Positions 17,688-25,880 of a stretch of DNA of 25,880 bases are shown here, piece after piece (the first letter of the stretch is position 1; each line of letters opens with the position of its first letter). The stretch comes from Methanosarcinales archaeon (GTDB lineage Archaea; Halobacteriota; Syntropharchaeia; Alkanophagales; Methanospirareceae). Under the pieces are notes generated by a model. The model was given only the letters and a program-made list of their open reading frames with translations. It was not told where the DNA came from and did not search any database. Made by a program: the position numbers and the translations under genes. The stretch is taken from positions 1-25,880 of the forward strand of contig DAOUYX010000001.1 of assembly GCA_030665925.1 (NCBI GenBank), in the 5' to 3' direction.

Positions 17688-18935
17688 ATGGCAGATCCAC
17701 ACGCGCGACGAAAATACACCATCGTTGGCATAGATCCAGGCACTACGATGGGAATTGCCATAATCGACCTTAACGGGAAACCGGTAGAAGTGTTCAGCGC
17801 AAAAAATTATTCGATTTCTGATGCTATAGCAGTGATAATATCGCATGGAAGACCTTTAATAATCGCTTCTGACGTAACCCCCACCCCTGCGATGGTGAAA
17901 AAGATAGGCAGTATGTTCGCTTCACCCGTTCACGACTTGGACGAATCCCTGTCAACGGAAGAGAAGATTGCGTTGACGAAAGGCGAAGGATACAAATACA
18001 AAAATGCACATGAGCGGGATGCATTAGCCGCCTGTGTTAACGCGTTTACGCGCTATAAGAAGAAATTCGCTCAGGTGCAGAAGAAGACGCCCGCAGGGGT
18101 GAATGTGGAAGAGGTGAAAGCGTTGGTGGTTAAAGGCGTGTCCATAAGTGCCGCTATAAATAGACTAATCAGTGCTGAAGAGGAGAAGGAGAGAAGGAAG
18201 GTTACGAAAGAGGAGCGGCGGGAAGAGAAGAAGGGCGGTGAAGAGAAGGAAAACAAAATCATTATCAGGTTACGTGGCCTTCTGAAAGGTAAAGGCGAGA
18301 GAGTAGAGGTGCTGGAGGAACGCGCAACAGCGTTAAAGGCGAGCTTAAAAGAAAAAGACCGTGAAATAAGACGTTTAAAGCGCAAACTTGATTCTATTTG
18401 GTCAGAAAGCACGAGAGAGATAAAAAAGGCGGAGGAGATAAGAAAGAGAGACGCGGAGATAGAGAGACTGCGAGAGGAAGTAGGAGCGCGAGAGAATGAG
18501 ATTGCAGAGCTAAGGAGAATTGTCGAGGGACTAAAAGGAAAAGGGAAAAGGGAGGTGAAAGGGGGAAAGAGGATAAAAGTGATACAATCTTTCAGCCATG
18601 ATGCAATAGTGGAGACTGATAGGAAATACGGACTTAACAGAGGTGACATCGTATTCCTTGAAGACGGCAGCGGAGGAGGCGCAAGCACCGCGGAACTGTT
18701 GGCGAAGAAGGGTGTTGTTGCGGTGCTATACGGTAAAGAGCTATCGCATTTCGCTGCTGATACGTTTTCCGAATTTAATATCCCCACGTTCTCCACCGAA
18801 GAAATACCGCTGCTGTTAAAAGAAGATTTAGAAGACGAGCGAGATTTTGCTTTTGTAGATCGGCACGTTCTTAACGAACGGATAGAGGAATGGAAGAGGA
18901 GGAGGAAAAGGGGAAAGGTGATACTACAGAGATAA
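17688..18935 (+). CDS. DUF460 (COG2433-like) protein: RNase H-like N-domain plus coiled coil
   Basis: IVGIDPGTTMGIAIIDLNG, IIASDVTP, HERDALAA, long coiled coil, C-terminal DGSGGG domain. Confidence 0.88.
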   Translation: MADPHARRKYTIVGIDPGTTMGIAIIDLNGKPVEVFSAKNYSISDAIAVIISHGRPLIIASDVTPTPAMVKKIGSMFASPVHDLDESLSTEEKIALTKGEGYKYKNAHERDALAACVNAFTRYKKKFAQVQKKTPAGVNVEEVKALVVKGVSISAAINRLISAEEEKERRKVTKEERREEKKGGEEKENKIIIRLRGLLKGKGERVEVLEERATALKASLKEKDREIRRLKRKLDSIWSESTREIKKAEEIRKRDAEIERLREEVGARENEIAELRRIVEGLKGKGKREVKGGKRIKVIQSFSHDAIVETDRKYGLNRGDIVFLEDGSGGGASTAELLAKKGVVAVLYGKELSHFAADTFSEFNIPTFSTEEIPLLLKEDLEDERDFAFVDRHVLNERIEEWKRRRKRGKVILQR

Positions 18936-19499
18936 CAAGAGTTCTCTTATTCGCTCTATCTCCACGTATAGATCCCTCTTAACCTGAGAATGAGGTTCTT
19001 CGGACAATTTCGTTTCTATGCTATCTAAATCCCTTATGAACTTAGCTAATTCCCCCTCCGTGAAAGATTGATGCATATACGACTTCTTCATCGTGTGAGC
19101 CCGTAGCATGCCTACGCGAGCTTCCATCCATTTTACGGAAGTTGACACTTCTTCTGCAAATTCATTCTTAGAGGAGGGTATAGCGGCTTTAACCTCTATT
19201 TCTATCCTTTTAAATTCTTCCTTAACCGCACTTTCACAGTTTTCCACGTCAGCGGAGGAGACACCTAAAAGGGCGATATAATACGTGTAAAGCGCATTCA
19301 GGGTAGCGCATAAATCCTCCCGGTCTGTTGCATCTCTTAGCTCTGTTATGCTTTTATCCACTCTGAGTTTATGCCTGAACAGAGCGCGAATTTTATCTTC
19401 GGTTTGCCATGCCGACCGAAAAATAACGGGGTAAACCAACTCTGCCAGCATTTTAACTCTTATTTCAGGCTCAAAGAATACCGTTTTATACCCGCGCAT
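18924..19499 (-). CDS. Hypothetical helical protein (191 aa)
   Basis: The ORF track start at 19640 overlaps mch; ATG 19499 is more plausible. No family recognised. Confidence 0.7.
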   Translation of the reverse strand: MRGYKTVFFEPEIRVKMLAELVYPVIFRSAWQTEDKIRALFRHKLRVDKSITELRDATDREDLCATLNALYTYYIALLGVSSADVENCESAVKEEFKRIEIEVKAAIPSSKNEFAEEVSTSVKWMEARVGMLRAHTMKKSYMHQSFTEGELAKFIRDLDSIETKLSEEPHSQVKRDLYVEIERIRELLLSL

Positions 19500-19571
19500 A
19501 AGCAATAAAAAAAGAATCCTATTCTTATAAATAGTGGCATGGCATTGTAGAATAGCACAGGTGGATGAATA

Positions 19572-20534
19572 ATGATAAGCGTGAATGAGTATGGATTGGA
19601 CGTTTTTGATGAAATGATGGACCGTGCAGATGAGTTGCAAATAGGCATAGCGGAGTTGGATAATGGGACAACGCTCATAGATGCAGGTGTAGAAGAGAAA
19701 GGTGGATTTGAAGCGGGACTATACGTGTCGAGGATATGTATGGCGGACCTTGCGGATATTACATTCAGCAGTTTTGACCTTGATAAAGTGGTGGTGCCGG
19801 CGATAGAGCTTACCACTGACAATCCGGTAATCGCATGCATGGCGTCGCAATTTGCGGGATGGCGGATAAAGGTGAAGAAGTTCTTCGCTATGGGCTCAGG
19901 GCCTGCACGGGCGCTTTCACTCAATCCAAAAGAGCTGTATGAGAAGATAAATTATACGGACGACGCAACTGAGGCGGTATTAGTTTTGGAAAGCAGCACG
20001 ATGCCCGATGCGGAAGTGACGGCGGAGATAGCGAAGGCGTGCAGGGTGGAACCTGAAGACCTGTACATTGTGGTTGCACCAACGAAATCTATTGCGGGCT
20101 CGGTGCAAATATCAGCGCGGGGCATAGAGACGGGCATTCACCGGCTCGAAGTTTTAGGGTTCGACATAAACTGCATAAAACATGCTCATGGCATCATACC
20201 GATCTCGCCGCTCGCCAGTGACGATCTGAAATGTATGGGCTCGACCAACGATTGCATCATGTACTGCGGTCGCACGTATTACACGGTGGATTACGAGAAC
20301 GTAGAGGAATTGAAGGGCTATGTGAAGGACGTGCCGTCACTGAATTCGAAGGATTACGGAAAGCCATTCTACGTCACCTTCAAGGAGGCTGAATTTGACT
20401 TCTACAAGATAGACGCCGCGTCGTTCGCACCCGCGGAGATTACGGTGAACGAATTGAAGAGTGGTAAGACATTCACCAGCGGGAAGATCAATCCGGAAGT
20501 GTTACTGGAGTCTTTTGGGATAGAGACGGTATGA
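19572..20534 (+). CDS. mch: Methenyltetrahydromethanopterin cyclohydrolase
   Basis: [51 protein letters not shown] motifs. Confidence 0.97.
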   Translation: MISVNEYGLDVFDEMMDRADELQIGIAELDNGTTLIDAGVEEKGGFEAGLYVSRICMADLADITFSSFDLDKVVVPAIELTTDNPVIACMASQFAGWRIKVKKFFAMGSGPARALSLNPKELYEKINYTDDATEAVLVLESSTMPDAEVTAEIAKACRVEPEDLYIVVAPTKSIAGSVQISARGIETGIHRLEVLGFDINCIKHAHGIIPISPLASDDLKCMGSTNDCIMYCGRTYYTVDYENVEELKGYVKDVPSLNSKDYGKPFYVTFKEAEFDFYKIDAASFAPAEITVNELKSGKTFTSGKINPEVLLESFGIETV

Positions 20535-20704
20535 TCCGTTTGGAGTCGTTCGTAAAGCTATACAAAAAGAAGAGGCAGGCACAAAGAAAAGAAATCGAGA
20601 ACTAAGTAGCTCAAAAAGGGAGTGGAGTGCGGATATCAAGATAATATCAGCAGTATCCTTTGAACTTCTCTATTTGATTTGCTCAGCAGGGCAGAGAAGG
20701 TGGT

Positions 20705-21391
20705 TCAGCACAGTAGCCACACTTCTTCTTCCCCTTCTTTTTTTCTTTCACTTTTTATCTTACCGTGATATGCCATATTCTCCAATACTTCATTGAGAAG
20801 GTGACGTGGCACATAAAAGTCGAACTCTTGCTTCATAGCAGTCTTTAAGTCATGCAGACTCATCCCGTTCCCTTCTTTAGCAATGACCCGCTCTAACAAT
20901 TCCATTACGTCCTCATGAATGCTCCAAGGATAGACCACCCACTTCCAATCGCTTATAAGCTCGCCGTAAAAATCGGGAACGTACGAGGAAGACGCTTTGT
21001 GCTGCATCGTTACGGTTTTTACGTCCCGTGCTCCCAAGGATTTAACGTACTCAGCCACAAGTTTTAAGCTGTCTCCAGTGTCCGTTATGTCATCTACTAT
21101 TAGTACTCGTTTCCCCCTTATTATCTCCCGTGCTCTGTCGTCAAGCCCGTATTTCAGCTTCGCATCGCCAGTAATCGTGGCTGCTATACCCCAGTGCTCC
21201 ATCTTCAAGCTGAACAAGTCCTTAAGCAGGAAGAAATCGCAGAGATTGCGCGCTAAAAACCAGCCACCTCGTGCCACGCCAACGATAACCTCGGGCTTGA
21301 ATCCCGCAGCCTTTATCTCTTCGCTTGCGTCCTTGCAAAGGTCGTACGCGTAGTTCCAGTCAACCACCGTGCAGTTGAATTTCTCTTGCAT
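20705..21391 (-). CDS. Type I phosphoribosyltransferase (purine PRTase-like, COG2236)
   Basis: IVGVARGG, PRPP-binding VLIVDDITDTGDSL, WVVYPW. Confidence 0.92.
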   Translation of the reverse strand: MQEKFNCTVVDWNYAYDLCKDASEEIKAAGFKPEVIVGVARGGWFLARNLCDFFLLKDLFSLKMEHWGIAATITGDAKLKYGLDDRAREIIRGKRVLIVDDITDTGDSLKLVAEYVKSLGARDVKTVTMQHKASSSYVPDFYGELISDWKWVVYPWSIHEDVMELLERVIAKEGNGMSLHDLKTAMKQEFDFYVPRHLLNEVLENMAYHGKIKSERKKEGEEEVWLLC

Positions 21392-21426
21392 GAATCTCAG
21401 CTCACTTCCTCATAAATTTATTCGTT

Positions 21427-21446
21427 CACTACTCGTTGAAGTAGTG
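21427..21446. promoter_or_regulatory. Operator-like inverted repeat upstream of the PRTase gene
   Basis: CACTACT-N6-AGTAGTG, perfect 7-bp arms about 35-55 nt upstream of the start codon. Confidence 0.35.
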
Positions 21447-21482
21447 TTGGTTATATCCCTTACTATTTCTGTCTGTATATAA

Positions 21483-21785
21483 CTTGACATTGTCAGATTA
21501 ACCGCGGAGTTCACGGAGAACGCAGAGGATGTAGGTTTTAGGTTTGTTTTTGTATATAAAGTATAACTGCCTTCTCTTTAAGACACTGATTTACACTGAT
21601 TCACACGGATTTATTTCTTTTTGTGGTTTTTTTTCATCTGTGTTCATCTGCGTTAATCTGTGTCAACGATTTAGGTTTTCTCGTGGGGCTGCGGCTATTA
21701 ATACCTGACAACTAAGACCTAACACCTTATTTTCTCTGTGAACTCAGCGTTCTCTGCGGTAAATTTTAACTATGACAAAGTCAAG
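21483..21785. mobile_element. MITE/REP-like element B (303 bp) with nested palindrome C, flanked by ATAA direct repeats
   Basis: CTTGAC...GTCAAG termini; ATAA at 21479-21482 and 21786-21789; ends match element A; nested triple 10-bp inverted arms at 21584-21610 and 21636-21664. Confidence 0.75.
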
Positions 21786-21802
21786 ATAATTAAGAGTTTT
21801 GT

Positions 21803-23077
21803 ATGAGGATAGGCGGAGAGAAGAAGGTGAAAGAGACAGTAGAGAAAAAGGAGACGCAGAAGTATCTTATAGGTTGTCTCAAGGATTTGATCAGGATACC
21901 GACGTTCGTGCCGCCGGGTGAGCATTACGGCGAGATAGTAGATTGGCTTATTCCCGTGTTTAACGATCTTGGATTCAAATGCGAAAGAGTGGATATGCCC
22001 GTGGATATTTATGAATCACGGCAAAGGACAGAGGAGTTGAGCGGTGTAAGAGCGAATCTGCTCGCCACTAAGGATTACGGTGCGAAGGAAAGTGTGGACG
22101 TCTATACGCATTTAGACGTGGTTCCAGCAGGAGAAGGCTGGAGTACGCCTCCCTTCGAGCCGGTGATTAAGGACGGCAGAATCTACGGACGCGGGGTGGC
22201 GGATTCAAAAGGGAGTGTCGCATCACTTTTAACTGCGCTGCGCATTATGAATGAGCAGGGATTAGAGGGCAAGTACAATATTCGGGTTGCGTTGACTACG
22301 GACGAGGAACTGGGGCTCTACTCGGGTTTGTGCTTCTTCGCCGATGAAGGATTATTACAAGGCGATTATTTACTGTGCATGGACGGCGATAACGAAGGGG
22401 TGTGCGTGGCAACGAATGGTGTGATGAACTGGGAGATGAAGGTGCTGGGTAGATCGTGTCATAGCTCTATGCCGTTTTTAGGTGTGAATGCGATAGAAAA
22501 CGCGGCGGTCGTGATACGCGAGTTAGAGGCACTGAAGAAAGCCGTTGCGCAAAGGGAATCGAAGGTACCGTGCAGTTCAGAGATGACAGAAATAACTGGG
22601 CAGAAGCACATAAAGCCTGTTTTTAACGTTACGATGATAAACGGTGGTGTGAAGGAGAATCTTATACCTCCGAGCTGCACCTTACGAGGTGACCGGCGCT
22701 ATATTCCCGAAGAAGCGGTTGAGGACGTGGTAAAAGAGTTTGAAGCCGCAGTAGAAACCATAAAAACGAGGCGTGGAATAGATTTAGAACTGTATCTTAA
22801 ACCCGGATTCCCACCCCTGTTTACCGATTCCGATGACGATGACGAATGGGTAACTCGGGTGAAGGATGCAGCATCCGACGCTTTTGGCGTGTCTAAAGAG
22901 ACGATAGGTGTGCAAGGGGGGTTAGACATTGCTTATGCGGTTAAAAAGACGCATCAGCCGGTTTGTGCTCTTGGCGTTGGTAGTTGGACCGAGAGCAATG
23001 CGCATGGACCTGATGAGAACGTTCGGATAAGCGATTTGAAGAATTACGTGAAGTTTTTGATAAGGCTGTTGACGTGA
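21803..23077 (+). CDS. M20 family metallopeptidase (ArgE/DapE-like)
   Basis: HLDVVP, YGRGVADSKG, DEELG, GRSCHSS, NAHGPDE motifs. Confidence 0.93.
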   Translation: MRIGGEKKVKETVEKKETQKYLIGCLKDLIRIPTFVPPGEHYGEIVDWLIPVFNDLGFKCERVDMPVDIYESRQRTEELSGVRANLLATKDYGAKESVDVYTHLDVVPAGEGWSTPPFEPVIKDGRIYGRGVADSKGSVASLLTALRIMNEQGLEGKYNIRVALTTDEELGLYSGLCFFADEGLLQGDYLLCMDGDNEGVCVATNGVMNWEMKVLGRSCHSSMPFLGVNAIENAAVVIRELEALKKAVAQRESKVPCSSEMTEITGQKHIKPVFNVTMINGGVKENLIPPSCTLRGDRRYIPEEAVEDVVKEFEAAVETIKTRRGIDLELYLKPGFPPLFTDSDDDDEWVTRVKDAASDAFGVSKETIGVQGGLDIAYAVKKTHQPVCALGVGSWTESNAHGPDENVRISDLKNYVKFLIRLLT

Positions 23078-23146
23078 ATGTTAATACTATACTAAACTAA
23101 AAAGGCTATCTTTTTGTTTTGACAAAGAGGAAAAGAGTAAAGGAAA

Positions 23147-23755
23147 ATGCCTATGCGGATCGTAAGCTTAACCGGAGGAGTAGCAAGTGGCAAGAGCCTC
23201 GTGTTACGCACGTTTGCGAATCTCGGCGCTTATGCAATAGATTGCGATGCGCTCAGCAGGGAGGTCGTCATACCGTGCTCGAAGGCGTGGTGGGAGATCG
23301 TGCGTCTCTTTGGCAAAGGTATCCTGAAACGAGATTTAGAGATAGACCGTAAGAAGCTGCGGGAGATCGTGTTCAGTGATTTAAAGAAGCGAAAGGCTTT
23401 AGAGAAGATAATACATCCGGAAGTAAAAAGGAAGTGTGCGGAACGAATAGAGGCGATAAAGAAGATAGAATCGGAGCCCCAAACTCTCGTTGTCGTTGAC
23501 GTCCCGCTGTTAATAGAGACGGGGATGCACGCTGAATTTGATATGGTAATTGTCGTTTACGTCAGCGAAGAGACGCAGATAAGAAGAGTGATGGAACGCG
23601 ATGGTCTAACGAAGACGAAGGCGCGAAAGATGATTGCATTACAGATGCCCCTGAAGGCGAAGTTGAAATTCGCCGATATTGTCATAACTAACGAAGGCAC
23701 ACGAGAAGCAACAGAGAAACAGGTGAGAAGGGTGTTTGCGGCGCTTTCTTCTTAA
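23147..23755 (+). CDS. coaE: Dephospho-CoA kinase, bacterial type
   Basis: LTGGVASGKS P-loop, DCDALSREVV, IDRKKLREIVF, HPEV, DVPLLIE, RDG...QMP motifs. Confidence 0.92.
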   Translation: MPMRIVSLTGGVASGKSLVLRTFANLGAYAIDCDALSREVVIPCSKAWWEIVRLFGKGILKRDLEIDRKKLREIVFSDLKKRKALEKIIHPEVKRKCAERIEAIKKIESEPQTLVVVDVPLLIETGMHAEFDMVIVVYVSEETQIRRVMERDGLTKTKARKMIALQMPLKAKLKFADIVITNEGTREATEKQVRRVFAALSS

Positions 23756-23768
23756 CTTGACTGACCAG

Positions 23769-24119
23769 TTACCTGCTAAAGTCCAATTCTGCGAGAATAA
23801 ACAAATCGATTTCATCTGCTAAATCAGCGAAACGATCCTTAAACTCGCGTATCTTGTCCCTTATCTCTTCTTCAGTCCTTGCTATGTCAAGCTTCTCCTC
23901 GAGGTCTACCTCTTTGTGATAGATGTCATCAATCAACGCGAAAATACCCGGCTGTTTGGCTTTAAACGCGCTTAAATCGTCCGTAATGTTCCCGCCCTTC
24001 TTGTAGTTTGCCAGTATCGCATCGCATTCCTTAAAAATCGCGTCACTTTCCTTATAAAATGAGTCCAGCGTTTTCAAAAAGACTTTTGACGCTTCTTTCA
24101 CTTTCTCTTCTTCTGTCAT
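23769..24119 (-). CDS. Hypothetical acidic helical protein (116 aa)
   Basis: Intact ORF downstream of arcS with amphipathic helical composition. Confidence 0.75.
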   Translation of the reverse strand: MTEEEKVKEASKVFLKTLDSFYKESDAIFKECDAILANYKKGGNITDDLSAFKAKQPGIFALIDDIYHKEVDLEEKLDIARTEEEIRDKIREFKDRFADLADEIDLFILAELDFSR

Positions 24120-24169
24120 TGGTCTGTGATAATGAGTGATAGTACCGGATATTTAAATATTTCTTGATT

Positions 24170-24243
24170 TTTATTTTCGTATACAAAATATAACTGCCTT
24201 CTCTTTAAGACACAGATTAACACTGATTTACACGGATTTATTT
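24170..24243. repeat. Solo left arm (D) of nested element C
   Basis: 24189-24243 matches 21562-21616 at 52/55 nt; weaker similarity extends about 19 nt further upstream; no right arm follows. Confidence 0.8.
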
Positions 24244-24263
24244 AGGGTGAACGTTGTTGATTT

Positions 24264-25880
24264 TTATTCCTCCACCTCCCTCACATCCACCGCGACACCC
24301 CTTCGCGATTCCACCATCTCCCAGCCGCTCATTTTCGCTCTACCCACGCCAAACGCCATCTTACCGGTAAAAATAACCTCATCGTTCACCCGTATTTGTT
24401 CGTCTGCGTTAACAACACCCGGCGCTAATATCGAGCCCGTAGGCATGAAATCGCCTATGTGCACCGTGTACGAAGAAAGAAACTGTTTCATACGAAGAGC
24501 ACCCTCCATAGGACGCACTAAAAGCCCGTATTCAGGCACGATTCGTGCAAGGACATCGCCGTTTACGCTGAGTTTATACGAGGGGAACTTCCCGGTTATT
24601 TTCGTTCGTTCTCCTTCTTTCCGCGATACGAGCTCGCGTCCCGCACCCGTACCGAACTGATAATCCGCCATTGCCCTGAGCATGCCCAATTTCTTTTCAA
24701 AGCCTGATAACGGTTTTTTATCGCCACACAGCATGGCTATTCGTGCGTTCAGCCGGTTCAGCGCTTCTTTTGACGTCATTTCCTCGCCTTCCTCGCACGT
24801 GTACACCACGTCCATTCCCAACTCGTCCGCAACACATGAACAGAGTTCTTTGTACGCACCGCTGAGATGCGCAACGAACTGCACGTAATTTCCTGCGTTT
24901 CGCTCAAGGTACGCACGCAGGCACGAAGCTACCCACGCGCGCTCCTCCGCATCCCAGTATCCCGTCACGGGGATGTCGTAGAACGCAGCAGGGTACAGCA
25001 CTTCCAGCTCGCGTGGCACGACACCGAGCGGAGACGTCAGGATAATTTCATGAATATGCCCTTTATATTGTGCAATCGCTTCTCGGAACTTCACGTGAGA
25101 TGGCGACAGTGAATATGGCTTCCGTGCAGAACAGGGTAAAAGCAGCAAAACCTGCCTAACTGGAGGTTCGTATCGTTCCAGCACGCGGTTTACAAACCGC
25201 TTCACTTCTATCCTCTTCAGCGATTCCATTGTATTCGCCATCATGCAGTGGTTTCGAGCAACTGGCGTTCTCCGCTCAAAATACTCCTTTTCATCGAGGT
25301 CTAAGATTCTCAACACCGCGGTTAAAAACGTCGAGGATCGCACCTTCAGCTCCACGTACTCACGCAAACTGCCGGCTCGTATATGCGCTTTTGTCTTCTT
25401 CACTTCCTTCTCCAGAAGCAGCGTGTTATGCTTCGCTAATAACGATGCTTTTTCTATGCTCTCCTTCTCCCTTAACTCATCTACCGTTAACGAGGAGCAG
25501 ACACTACAAGTGCACGGCAATTCCTCCAACTCACTTAAACTCACAGCGCCTTCTTCCGTTTGATAAATACCCTGATAGCCGTTTATCACGGCATTCGTGT
25601 CGTCTATCACGTCAACGCCCATGTAGAACAGAAGTGCAGCATTTTCAGCCGTTGCGATTGCAGGCACCCATAAGGCAACGTCCGACGGTATCGCGTTTCG
25701 CGCATCAATTATCCTGCGAACGAACGCCCGCGGGCTGTAAAGCATAGCAGACGCGAAGGAAAGCACGTAACAATCAACATAGAGTGACGGGATTGCTTCT
25801 TCCATCTTTGTAAACAAAGGGTGCACTTTCGGCAGGAGGACAGCACCTCGTGGTGCGTCATGTAATTCCTCCTGGAATAA
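24264..25880 (-). CDS. arcS: Archaeosine synthase subunit alpha (TgtA2/ArcS) with PUA domain; 5' end outside the window
   Basis: LLLPCSARKPYS..SH, TSPLGVVPRELE, YDIPVTG, DYQFG, C-terminal PUA. The frame stays open to the window edge beyond the ORF track's GTG 25826. Confidence 0.92.
   Translation of the reverse strand, partial: LFQEELHDAPRGAVLLPKVHPLFTKMEEAIPSLYVDCYVLSFASAMLYSPRAFVRRIIDARNAIPSDVALWVPAIATAENAALLFYMGVDVIDDTNAVINGYQGIYQTEEGAVSLSELEELPCTCSVCSSLTVDELREKESIEKASLLAKHNTLLLEKEVKKTKAHIRAGSLREYVELKVRSSTFLTAVLRILDLDEKEYFERRTPVARNHCMMANTMESLKRIEVKRFVNRVLERYEPPVRQVLLLLPCSARKPYSLSPSHVKFREAIAQYKGHIHEIILTSPLGVVPRELEVLYPAAFYDIPVTGYWDAEERAWVASCLRAYLERNAGNYVQFVAHLSGAYKELCSCVADELGMDVVYTCEEGEEMTSKEALNRLNARIAMLCGDKKPLSGFEKKLGMLRAMADYQFGTGAGRELVSRKEGERTKITGKFPSYKLSVNGDVLARIVPEYGLLVRPMEGALRMKQFLSSYTVHIGDFMPTGSILAPGVVNADEQIRVNDEVIFTGKMAFGVGRAKMSGWEMVESRRGVAVDVREVEE

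Noticed and set aside
19500-19640. N-terminal extension of the 18924 ORF to 19640
   Set aside because: It overlaps the mch start and promoter on the opposite strand and reads as non-coding; ATG 19499 is preferred.
21483-21785. CRISPR array
   Set aside because: Units are 7-10 bp with no unique 30-40 bp spacers, and no cas genes are present.

Overview
Archaeal genomic window. The gene content (mch, hdrCB, cimA, arcS, EF-1alpha, rps10, XPB-Bax1) fits a methane/alkane-metabolising Halobacteriota archaeon, most likely ANME-1/Methanophagales-like; this is inference, not a database match. Most of the window is intact housekeeping genes. An accessory/decay zone at about 6860-13500 holds a MazF-type toxin-antitoxin pair, an orphan C-terminal sorting-signal remnant, two unknown ORFs, XPB-Bax1 and pseudogene fragments including a sugE/gdx 5' remnant. 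The most striking unexplained structure is a family of short non-coding palindromic elements at 2922-3054, 9072-9232, 21483-21785 (with a nested element) and 24170-24243. They are built from triplicated CRCNGA(T/G) cores at 9-10 bp spacing. Two of them also share near-identical ends with TGAC-N3-GTCA tips and internal 7/8-bp tandem repeats, and one has a 4-bp ATAA flanking duplication. No rRNA, tRNA, CRISPR array or transposase was found.
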